NCBI RefSeq assembly: GCF_000196555.1
Contig: NC_015067.1
Coordinates: forward strand, 240,001-272,000
Source: Bifidobacterium longum subsp. longum JCM 1217
GTDB lineage: Bacteria; Actinomycetota; Actinomycetes; Actinomycetales; Bifidobacteriaceae
Length of the DNA stretch: 32,000 nt
Reading direction: 5' to 3'
Part shown: positions 8,282 to 17,208 of the stretch, piece after piece
Position numbering within the stretch: the stretch's first letter is position 1
Layout: every line of letters begins with the position of its first letter
Notes under the pieces: generated by a model
Seen by the model: the letters and a program-made list of their open reading frames with translations, nothing else
Database searches by the model: none
Told to the model about the DNA's origin: nothing
Translations under genes and position numbers: made by a program

Positions 8282-9816
8282 GGCATCCTCCAGTGGCGGC
8301 CGTCGCGCGCCAGCATTTCGTCGGCCTGTGCCGGACCCCACGTACCGGCGCGGTAGGCCTGCGGCTGGCCAAGCGTGGACCAGAATTGTTCAATCGGATC
8401 GAGGATCTCCCAGCTGAGGTTCACCTCTTCGGTGGTCGGGAACAACGGCGGATCACCGAGCAGCACGTCCAGAATCAGTCGCTCATAGGCTTCCGGCGAG
8501 TTCTCGGTGAAGGAGCGGCCGTAGCTGAAGTCCATGTTCACGTCACGGACCTCCATGGTGGAGCCGCCCGGCACCTTGGCTCCGAAGCGCATGGTGACGC
8601 CCTCGTCGGGCTGCACGCGAATCACGATGGCGTTCTTGCCGAGTTCGCGCACGGCGGTCTGCTCGAACGGCAGATGCGGGGCGCGCTTGAACACCACGGC
8701 GATTTCGGTTACACGCTTGCCGAGGCGCTTGCCGCAACGCAGGTAGAACGGCACGCCAGCCCAGCGGCGGGTGTCGATATCGAGGCGGATGGCGGCGTAC
8801 GTTTCAGTGGTGCTCTTGGGGTCGATGCCTTTTTCCTCCAAGTAGCCGACCACTTCGTGCGAGCCCTGCCAGCCCTTGGCGTACTGGCCGCGCGCGGTGT
8901 TGGCGGCGAGGTCCTTGGGCAGGCGCACGGCGGAAAGCACCTTGGTCTTTTCGGCGGTCAGGTCCTTGGCGGTGAAGCTCACCGGCTCCTCCATGGCGGT
9001 CAGAGCCATGAGCTGAAGCAGGTGGTTCTGGATGACGTCGCGTGCGGCGCCGATGCCGTCGTAATAGCCGGCGCGGCCGCCGATGCCGATGTCCTCGGCC
9101 ATCGTGATCTGCACGTGGTCCACATAGTTGGCGTTCCAGATCGGCTCGTACATGGCGTTGGCGAAACGCAGGGCCAGCAGGTTCTGCACGGTTTCCTTGC
9201 CGAGGTAGTGGTCGATGCGGAACACGGAGCTCGGGTCGAACACTTCGGATACCACGCTGTCGAGTTCCTTGGCGCTGGCCAGATCATGGCCGAACGGCTT
9301 CTCGATGATCACGCGGCGCCATGCGCCCTCGGACGAGCGCGACAGGCCGGAGGCGGCCAGCTGCTTGGCGACCTGTGGGAATGCGCGCGGCGGCACCGAC
9401 ATGTAGAAGGCATGGTTACCCTGCGTGCCGCGGTCGCGGTCAAGCTCCTGCACGGTGGCGCTCAGACGCTCGAAGGCCTCCGGGTCGTCGAACGTACCCT
9501 GCACGAAGCGGATGCCGGCGGCCAGATTGCGCCAAGTCGACTCCTTGAACGGCGTACGGCAATGCGCCTGGACGGCGGCCTTGACGAATTCGATGAACCG
9601 TTCCTGTGTCCAGTCGCGGCGGGCGAAACCGGTCAGACCGAAGCTCGGCGGCAGTAGGCCACGGTTCGCCAGGTCGTAGACGGCTGGCAGTAGTTTCTTT
9701 TGTGCCAGATCGCCCGTGACACCGAAAATGACGAGGCTGCATGGGCCGGCGATACGGGGCAGTCTGAGGTCGCACGAGTCGCGCAGGGGATTGCTCCAAT
9801 TGGGGGATTCACTCAT
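8278..9816 (-). CDS. zwf: Glucose-6-phosphate 1-dehydrogenase
   Basis: LVIFGVTGDLAQKKLLPAVYDL is the NADP-binding motif, RIDHYLGKE is the active-site motif, and there is a conserved C-terminal domain. The ATG at 9816-9814 gives MSESPNWSNPLRD.... The upstream extension to 9945 is Arg-rich and non-homologous. Confidence 0.95.
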   Translation of the reverse strand: MSESPNWSNPLRDSCDLRLPRIAGPCSLVIFGVTGDLAQKKLLPAVYDLANRGLLPPSFGLTGFARRDWTQERFIEFVKAAVQAHCRTPFKESTWRNLAAGIRFVQGTFDDPEAFERLSATVQELDRDRGTQGNHAFYMSVPPRAFPQVAKQLAASGLSRSSEGAWRRVIIEKPFGHDLASAKELDSVVSEVFDPSSVFRIDHYLGKETVQNLLALRFANAMYEPIWNANYVDHVQITMAEDIGIGGRAGYYDGIGAARDVIQNHLLQLMALTAMEEPVSFTAKDLTAEKTKVLSAVRLPKDLAANTARGQYAKGWQGSHEVVGYLEEKGIDPKSTTETYAAIRLDIDTRRWAGVPFYLRCGKRLGKRVTEIAVVFKRAPHLPFEQTAVRELGKNAIVIRVQPDEGVTMRFGAKVPGGSTMEVRDVNMDFSYGRSFTENSPEAYERLILDVLLGDPPLFPTTEEVNLSWEILDPIEQFWSTLGQPQAYRAGTWGPAQADEMLARDGRHWRMP

Positions 9817-9953
9817 AATGTACAAGGGTAGTCGCCGGCGGCTATCTATCGCTAGAGGCGATATGCGATTTGGGCTGCGATTTGGGCCACATTGCGTGTG
9901 CTGTGCCGTGCGTTGGGCCAATCGCGTACGCAAACGTGTACGCAACGCCGTAG

Positions 9954-9982
9954 TTGAAATATCCCAAAACGGTGTGTATTTT
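9954..9982 (+). promoter_or_regulatory. Sigma-70-type promoter for tRNA-Lys
   Basis: TTGAAA (9954-9959), a 17-nt spacer, then TATTTT (9977-9982), ending 9 nt before the mature tRNA 5' end. Confidence 0.5.
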
Positions 9983-9991
9983 AGAAGAGTT

Positions 9992-10064
9992 GCCCCTTTA
10001 GCTCAACGGTTAGAGCAGCGTCCTTTTAAGTCGTGGGTTGTGGGTTCGAATCCCACAGGGGGCA
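9992..10064 (+). tRNA. tRNA-Lys (anticodon UUU)
   Basis: Hand-folded cloverleaf. Acceptor stem GCCCCTT/AGGGGGC, D arm GCTC..GAGC, anticodon loop CTTTTAA (anticodon TTT), T arm GTGGG-TTCGAAT-CCCAC, discriminator A. No encoded CCA. There is one U-U mismatch in the anticodon stem. Confidence 0.9.
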
Positions 10065-10068
10065 CAAC

Positions 10069-10106
10069 AAATCCTCGGAATCGCAATGGTTCCAAGGATT
10101 TTTTTG
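10069..10106 (+). terminator. Rho-independent terminator after tRNA-Lys
   Basis: Stem ATCCTCGGAA/TTCCAAGGAT (9 of 10 bp), 9-nt loop, followed by a run of 7 T. Confidence 0.8.
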
Positions 10107-10139
10107 TTTCGACCAGCCTGGCTCCTAGAGTGGTGTCCC

Positions 10140-11774
10140 ATGTCATGCACCACGATTCTTGTCGGCAAAAATGCCAGTTACGACGGTTCCACCATCATCG
10201 CCCGCGATGACGATTCGGGCTCGGGCCGTTACGATCCCAAGCGCTTCGTCGCTGTCGCCCCCGACGACCAGCCGCGCCACTACCGCAGCGTGCTGAGCCA
10301 TGTCGAAATCGAACTACCGGACAATCCTTGCCGGTACACCATCGCACCGAACGTGCTGAATAATCGTGGCATTCTGGCCGAAGCCGGTGCCAACGAACAC
10401 AACGTGGCGATGAGCGCCACCGAAACCATCGCTGTCAACGAGCGCGTGCTCGGTGCGGACCCGATGGTCGAGTTGCGGCCGGCTGTCGGCGAACCGGACA
10501 GCACCGATTATCAGGCCGAGCAGCCCGGCGGTATCGGTGAGGAAGACATCATCACCCTTGTGCTGCCGTATGTCACCACCGCGCGCGAGGGCGTCGCGCG
10601 GTTGGGCGAACTGCTCGAAACCTACGGCACCTACGAATCGAACGGCGTGATTATTTCGGATGTGGACGAGATCTGGTACGTCGAGACCATCGGCGGCCAC
10701 CATTGGATCGCCCGCCGAGTGCCCGATGACTGCTATGCCACGATCCCCAACCAGCTCGGCATCGACGACTTCGACCTCGCCGATGCGTTCGGCGAGCAGC
10801 GCGAATACCTATGCAGCGCCGACCTGCGCGAGTTCATGGCCACGCATCACCTCGACCGCACAATGGGAACGCCGGTCTCTTCCAACGGCCGTCACGCGCA
10901 TAGCGCCGGATTCGGAACAACCGTTGCCCTTCCCACCCGTTTCAACCCGCGCAAGGCCTTCGGCACCGCGACGCCGAAGGACCATATCTACAACACGCCG
11001 CGTGCCTGGTACATGCAACGCCGCCTCAACCCCAGCGAGGACTGGGATTCGCCGGCCGCCCGCTACACGCCCGAATCCGACGACATCCCGTGGTGCCGCG
11101 TGCCGGAAGACAAGGTGAGCCTCGAAGACGTTGATTTCCTGCTGTCCTCGCACTTCGAAGGCACGCCGTACGACCCGTACGGCACGACCGGCACGGCGGA
11201 ATCGCGCCACCGTTACCGTCCGATCGGCGTGAACCGCACCGGCCATATGGTGGCGATTCAGGTCCGTCCGTATGTGCCGGCGGCCAATCGCACGGTGATG
11301 TGGGTATCGTTCGGCTCTGGTCCGTTCACCGCCGCCGCGCCGTTCTACGCGAACGTCAACGACACGCCTGCCTACCTGCGCGACACCACGCCCGAAGTCT
11401 CCACCGGCAACCTGTATTGGACGAACCGCCTGATCGCCGTCGTGGCCGACGCACACTGGTATGAGACGAACCGGTTCATCGAAGGGTATGCCGAGGGCGT
11501 GCGCGCGTTCGGACACCGGCTCATCGAGCGCACGGATGAGCAGTTGCTTGCTCGAAGCGATGCCGAATCGACGGATACGAATGCATGGCCGCTCGATGGC
11601 GGCCACGGCGATGAGAAGGATGTGCAGGGCGTGGCGGATGTGCTCGAAGCGGCCAACGACGAGATGGCCGACTACCTGCGCGAGCACACAACCAAGCTGC
11701 TGAACGACGTGCTATACACCTCCAGCAACCTGATGCACAACAGCTTCGCGATGTCCGACCGTTGGGCCGAGTAG
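10140..11774 (+). CDS. C69-family dipeptidase
   Basis: MSCTTILVGKNASYDGSTIIARDDDSG is the typical C69 (Ntn-type Cys) N-terminus. The track ORF start at 10038 lies inside the tRNA, so ATG 10140 is used. No SD is visible (see the leaderless finding). Confidence 0.88.
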   Translation: MSCTTILVGKNASYDGSTIIARDDDSGSGRYDPKRFVAVAPDDQPRHYRSVLSHVEIELPDNPCRYTIAPNVLNNRGILAEAGANEHNVAMSATETIAVNERVLGADPMVELRPAVGEPDSTDYQAEQPGGIGEEDIITLVLPYVTTAREGVARLGELLETYGTYESNGVIISDVDEIWYVETIGGHHWIARRVPDDCYATIPNQLGIDDFDLADAFGEQREYLCSADLREFMATHHLDRTMGTPVSSNGRHAHSAGFGTTVALPTRFNPRKAFGTATPKDHIYNTPRAWYMQRRLNPSEDWDSPAARYTPESDDIPWCRVPEDKVSLEDVDFLLSSHFEGTPYDPYGTTGTAESRHRYRPIGVNRTGHMVAIQVRPYVPAANRTVMWVSFGSGPFTAAAPFYANVNDTPAYLRDTTPEVSTGNLYWTNRLIAVVADAHWYETNRFIEGYAEGVRAFGHRLIERTDEQLLARSDAESTDTNAWPLDGGHGDEKDVQGVADVLEAANDEMADYLREHTTKLLNDVLYTSSNLMHNSFAMSDRWAE

Positions 11775-11804
11775 CAAAACCTCGACTGGGGAGGTAATAG
11801 GGAT

Positions 11805-11831
11805 GCCCTGCTGATAACGCGTCAGCAGGGC
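11805..11831. terminator. Hairpin between the convergent dipeptidase and GT2 genes
   Basis: Perfect 10-bp stem GCCCTGCTGA-taacgcg-TCAGCAGGGC. No clear U-tract on either strand. Confidence 0.45.
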
Positions 11832-11847
11832 AAAACCACAATCCGAA

Positions 11848-12882
11848 TCAGTTAAAGCCGACGATGCGTTTGGCGATGAGATAGCCGTTGCGCACGATCC
11901 AGCGGCCGGTTTTGCCGGGCAGATTGAGCGCGCGGGACATCAGCTGCGAGCGCACATCCTTGCCGATGGCCGGCGAATAGGCGTCAATCGCATCCCACAG
12001 CTCGGTTTTCTTAACGTAGTTGGCCGGATCGCGCGAGAGAATCAGGAACGTCGAGGTAACGCACGATTCGATCGCCAGGAAGTGAATCATGTACCGGTAC
12101 AGCCCCTCCGGCACCGTACCGCGTTCGGGCGTGGCCTCGGTCATCAGCCGATTGACGAGCCGCAACTGGTCCACACGCTTAATCATCACGTCGGTCTGCA
12201 CGCTCTGACCCTCGCGCCCGATGAAGTAGTGGTAGAACGGCACATCGAGGTACTGGATGCGCTTCACCCACGGGAACGGCTGGTACGAGTAATAGAAATC
12301 GACGTAGAACGTGTGCTCCGGCAGCTTCAGCCCGGAATCGCGCACCACCTGCGTGCGGAAGGTGAGCGCATGCATGATGATGTACTGCGCCAGACCGAAC
12401 TTGCCCAGGTCATCCCAGCCGAGCACGCGGCCGGCCTCCATTACACGGCGGAAGTTCACTACGGTCTTGTGACGCTTGGCCACCTTGTCATACACGTAAT
12501 TGGTCACCAGCATGTCAATCGGTTCGTCGGTGTCATGCTGTGCACGCAACGTGGCCAGAACCGTGTCGATGGCCTGCGGGTCGACCCAATCATCCGCATC
12601 CACCACTTTGACGTACATGCCGGTCGCCGCCGCGATACCGGTGTTCACCGCGCCGCCGTGGCCCTTGTTCTCCTGATGAATCGCGCGCACGGCGCCCGGA
12701 TTGGTGCGTTCCAGCTTGCGCGCGTACTCCAGCGTGCCGTCTTTCGAACCGTCGTCCACAATCAGCACCTCGAGGTCGCTGATGTCGCTTGCCGAAAGCA
12801 GCGAGTTCACGCAACGGTCAAGGTAGGACTCCATATTGTATGCGGGGATCACAAAGGTGAGCGTCTTTGCCGTGCTGGCCAT
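11848..12882 (-). CDS. Glycosyltransferase family 2 protein
   Basis: FVIPAYNMESYLDRCVNSLL...LIVDDGSKDGT...VDADDWV are the GT2 (GT-A, DxD) motifs. A GAGGAC SD lies upstream, and the gene starts 23 nt downstream of the TetR gene. Confidence 0.85.
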   Translation of the reverse strand: MASTAKTLTFVIPAYNMESYLDRCVNSLLSASDISDLEVLIVDDGSKDGTLEYARKLERTNPGAVRAIHQENKGHGGAVNTGIAAATGMYVKVVDADDWVDPQAIDTVLATLRAQHDTDEPIDMLVTNYVYDKVAKRHKTVVNFRRVMEAGRVLGWDDLGKFGLAQYIIMHALTFRTQVVRDSGLKLPEHTFYVDFYYSYQPFPWVKRIQYLDVPFYHYFIGREGQSVQTDVMIKRVDQLRLVNRLMTEATPERGTVPEGLYRYMIHFLAIESCVTSTFLILSRDPANYVKKTELWDAIDAYSPAIGKDVRSQLMSRALNLPGKTGRWIVRNGYLIAKRIVGFN

Positions 12883-12905
12883 GAAAGTCTTACGTCCTCA
12901 CATAT

Positions 12906-13745
12906 TTAGTCGTTATGTTCAGTTTCCTGTTCAAACCGTAGCACTTCGCCTCCCGACTCGGCAGAGTGTTGCGTAACCTGTGCCCCTGAACGCATGTTCT
13001 GCAACCCTGAATCTTCCCCGGTGGCGTGCTCGGGATCCGATTGGGCAGAACTCGTCTGGTCTGAATCCGGGCTGCCGGAATCGGACTCGCGCTTGGCTCG
13101 GCGCTCGGCCTCCTTCCGCGCCTTGGCGCCCTCAAAGAACAACTGGGGCTTGGAGTCAAGCCGGCTCAGGCCATGCCAGGCCAAATCCACAATGTATGCA
13201 GCCAGCTGCTCCTTGCTCACCTTTGGCCGGTCGGCCCAGTACTGCCCGGTGAATACGGTCATGCCCACCAGCATCTGCGCGTAGTACGGCACGCCCTTGG
13301 CAGACAGCTTCTGCCGTTTGAATGTTTCGGAAAGAATGTCTTCAACGCGTACGGCGATGTCTCCCATCAGCGAGCTGAATGAGCCGGACGGGTCGGTGCT
13401 CGGCGAGTCGCGTACCAGTACCTGGAACCCCTCGGCATTCTCTTCGATATAGGTGAGGAGCGCAAGCGCCGTGCGTTCCACAATCTGGCGCGGGTGCACG
13501 GTCGGATCGTCGAGCGCGGCGGTCAGCGTACCGGTCAGCGCGCGCATCTCACGATCCACAATGACGGCATACAGGCCCTCTTTGCCGCCGAAATGCTCAT
13601 ACACAATCGGCTTGGAGACTTTGGCGTGCGCGGCGATTTCCTCCACGCTTACCGCTTCGAAGCCTTTGGCGGCGAATAGCGAGCGTCCGACTTCAATCAG
13701 CTGCTCGCGGCGCTGCAGCGACGTCATACGTGAAGAATGTGCCAT
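12906..13745 (-). CDS. TetR/AcrR-family transcriptional regulator with a long acidic C-terminal tail
   Basis: RREQLIEVGRSLFAAKGFEAVSVEEIAAHAKVSKPIVYEHFGGKEGLY is the TetR HTH. The core is about 200 aa, followed by about 75 aa of Ser/Asp/Glu-rich low-complexity sequence. Confidence 0.9.
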   Translation of the reverse strand: MAHSSRMTSLQRREQLIEVGRSLFAAKGFEAVSVEEIAAHAKVSKPIVYEHFGGKEGLYAVIVDREMRALTGTLTAALDDPTVHPRQIVERTALALLTYIEENAEGFQVLVRDSPSTDPSGSFSSLMGDIAVRVEDILSETFKRQKLSAKGVPYYAQMLVGMTVFTGQYWADRPKVSKEQLAAYIVDLAWHGLSRLDSKPQLFFEGAKARKEAERRAKRESDSGSPDSDQTSSAQSDPEHATGEDSGLQNMRSGAQVTQHSAESGGEVLRFEQETEHND

Positions 13746-13770
13746 GCGGTTCAGCTTAAGTCGCCGGGTG

Positions 13771-13798
13771 GAATTGTCGGCCTGAGACTGCCGAATTC
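13771..13798. promoter_or_regulatory. Imperfect inverted repeat in the tetR/ftsY divergent region (candidate TetR operator)
   Basis: GAATTGTCGGC-ctgagact-GCCGAATTC, 26 nt upstream of the tetR ATG. The arms match apart from a 2-nt bulge. Confidence 0.3.
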
Positions 13799-13834
13799 GT
13801 AGGGGATTCCATCTGCGGGCTAGACTTGACAGGT

Positions 13835-15112
13835 ATGGATATGAATACTGTGCTCGCCGTTCTTGGCGTGATTGTGGCGGCGGTTATCGTAATCGCCCTG
13901 AGCATCTGGTTGGGCAAGTCCCGCAAGCGCGATTTGGATCGTGCGATGGGCAAGGTTGCCCCCGACAACAAGAAGACCCGCGACGCCAAGGCCGCCGCCG
14001 ACGCTCGGCTGGCCGCCGAAGCCGAGGAAGCTAAGGCTGCGACTGCCGCCGAGCCGGCCAAGTCAGCCGAATCGGCCAAAGCCGAGCCTGCGCCAGCCGC
14101 GCAGGCCGAACCCGAACCGGCAGCTGCGCCCAAGCCCGAGTCCCAACCTGCCTCCAAGCCCACTCCCGCCAAACCTGAAACCCCCGAATCGGTCGGCTCT
14201 CGACTGACCCGACTCAAGGCAAAACTTGCCAAGTCCGGCAACCCGTTCGGCAAGGCCCTGTTCGACATCCTCGCCAAAGACAATCTCTCCGAGGCCGATT
14301 GGGAAGACGTCGAAGACACACTGCTGCTTGCCGACGTCGGTGCGGATGCTTCCGCCCAACTGGTCGATGACCTGAGAACCGACGCCCGCATCACTGGTAA
14401 AGCCGACCCAGCCGAAGTACGCGCCACGCTCAAGGAGAAGCTGCTCGATCTGGTCGGTCGAGATACGGACCGCCGCCTCAATGCCGAAAAGCCGGGTGCC
14501 GCCAAGCCCAGCGTCATCATCATGGTCGGCGTCAACGGCACCGGCAAGACCACCACTGCCGGCAAACTGGCTCGACTGTTCGTGGCCGAAAACAAGCAGG
14601 TCATGATGGGCGCGGCCGACACCTTCCGCGCGGCCGCCGCCGACCAGCTCGAAACCTGGGGCGCACGCGTCAATGTGCCCGTCGTCCGCTCCGACAAGGA
14701 CGGTGCCGACCCGGCATCCGTCGCCTTTGAGGCATCCGCCAAGGCCAAGGAAGCGAACGCGGACGTGCTCATCATCGATACTGCCGGCCGACTGCAGAAC
14801 AAGTCGAACCTGATGGACGAGCTCGGCAAGATTCGCCGTGTTACCGAAAAGAACCTGCCGGTGGATGAAGTGCTGCTTGTGCTCGACGCCACCACCGGCC
14901 AAAACGGCATGGCCCAGGCCAAGGTGTTCGCCGAAGCCATCGGCATTACCGGTGTGGTGCTCTCCAAGCTTGACGGTTCCGCCAAGGGCGGCATCGTGGT
15001 CAGCGTGCAGAAGGAGCTCGGCGTGCCGGTCAAGCTCGTCGGTCTTGGTGAAGGTCCGGACGATTTGGCACCTTTCGATCCCGAAGGTTTCGTGGACGGC
15101 ATTCTCGCGTAG
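13835..15112 (+). CDS. ftsY: Signal recognition particle receptor FtsY
   Basis: An N-terminal TM helix is followed by an Ala/Glu/Lys/Pro-rich acidic domain. The NG domain then follows (VGVNGTGKTTTAGKLA, DTAGRLQNK, SKLDGSAKGG). The start is ambiguous among TTG 13826, ATG 13835 and ATG 13841. Confidence 0.9.
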   Translation: MDMNTVLAVLGVIVAAVIVIALSIWLGKSRKRDLDRAMGKVAPDNKKTRDAKAAADARLAAEAEEAKAATAAEPAKSAESAKAEPAPAAQAEPEPAAAPKPESQPASKPTPAKPETPESVGSRLTRLKAKLAKSGNPFGKALFDILAKDNLSEADWEDVEDTLLLADVGADASAQLVDDLRTDARITGKADPAEVRATLKEKLLDLVGRDTDRRLNAEKPGAAKPSVIIMVGVNGTGKTTTAGKLARLFVAENKQVMMGAADTFRAAAADQLETWGARVNVPVVRSDKDGADPASVAFEASAKAKEANADVLIIDTAGRLQNKSNLMDELGKIRRVTEKNLPVDEVLLVLDATTGQNGMAQAKVFAEAIGITGVVLSKLDGSAKGGIVVSVQKELGVPVKLVGLGEGPDDLAPFDPEGFVDGILA

Positions 15113-15169
15113 ACGGTCGAGTTCTTCTCAGTCTCGCTTTGCTCGACAGCTCCCCTCAGCGAGGGGAGC
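15106..15169. repeat. Hairpin-forming element downstream of ftsY
   Basis: It contains GCTCCCCTC-agc-GAGGGGAGC (15149-15169), preceded by TTCTTCTCAGTCTCGCTTTGCTC. Its reverse complement shares both ends with a 50-nt segment inside murT (22986-23035). Confidence 0.55.
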
Positions 15170-15222
15170 CCTGCGTCCGTCCACGTTGTGGGCGCGGGAA
15201 ACGCCCGCAACGCACCAAACCT

Positions 15223-15257
15223 AGCCCCGAAGCATATTCGAAACATGATTCGGGGCT
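15223..15257 (+). terminator. Terminator-like hairpin in the ftsY-amt spacer
   Basis: Perfect 9-bp stem AGCCCCGAA/TTCGGGGCT with a 17-nt loop, followed only by TTTC, so the U-tract is weak. Confidence 0.4.
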
Positions 15258-15323
15258 TTCCCATATCCGTTGGAATCATGCCGGAATCAGCCCATCCGAT
15301 GCCAACCTAATTGTCAGGTGCGC

Positions 15324-15360
15324 TTAACAATCGCGTAACTTGCCGTAACGAAACCAAAAC
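15324..15360. promoter_or_regulatory. GlnR-box-like phased repeats upstream of amt
   Basis: TTAAC-n6-GTAAC-n5-GTAAC-n6-AAAAC. The four AAC cores are spaced 11, 10 and 11 bp apart, about 120 bp upstream of the amt ATG. This resembles the actinobacterial GlnR consensus gTnAC-n6-GaAAC. Confidence 0.4.
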
Positions 15361-15479
15361 GAGACCGGCTTTTACTGACGAACTGTTAGCCCCCACAAGG
15401 GGGACGGCATTGTAGAGACAAAGTCGACGCCGGCCGCGCAAAGCCCCCGGTGCCCTGAACGAAAGAGAGGGAGGTAGAC

Positions 15480-17115
<1,636 letters not shown>

Positions 17116-17161
17116 TAACACAGACGTCCATGCTTAGAAGGGGATGGACTGCATAGGAAAG

Positions 17162-17204
17162 GTCCCCGCACGCCGCGAATTGACGCCGTGCGGGGACTTT
17201 TTTT
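17162..17204 (+). terminator. Rho-independent terminator or attenuator between glnB and glnD
   Basis: 11-bp stem GTCCCCGCACG/CGTGCGGGGAC with a 14-nt loop, followed by 7 T. It ends 4 nt before the glnD ATG at 17209. Confidence 0.8.
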
Positions 17205-17208
17205 GGCA

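Noticed and set aside
8293-9657. 454-aa plus-strand ORF
   Set aside because: It is antisense to zwf and is a shadow frame.
10038-10139. Track start of the dipeptidase ORF inside tRNA-Lys and its terminator
   Set aside because: A CDS cannot plausibly begin within the tRNA T-arm and read through a T7 terminator. The conserved C69 N-terminus (MSCTTIL) begins at 10140.
9992-11774. Genomic island or prophage integration at tRNA-Lys
   Set aside because: There is no integrase or recombinase next to the tRNA. The downstream gene is a housekeeping dipeptidase. I did not see a direct repeat of the tRNA 3' end elsewhere in the window.
13825-13830. Perfect TTGACA hexamer just upstream of ftsY as a -35 element
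   Set aside because: No -10-like hexamer lies 16-19 nt downstream (that position falls inside the coding sequence, CTGTGC). The hexamer also overlaps the candidate TTG start. It is probably coincidental.
13756-15279. 507-aa minus-strand ORF, very Ser/Ala/Pro/Thr-rich
   Set aside because: It is antisense to ftsY, whose NG-domain GTPase motifs are clear. The low-complexity composition is what the reverse frame of an Ala/Glu/Lys-rich gene produces.
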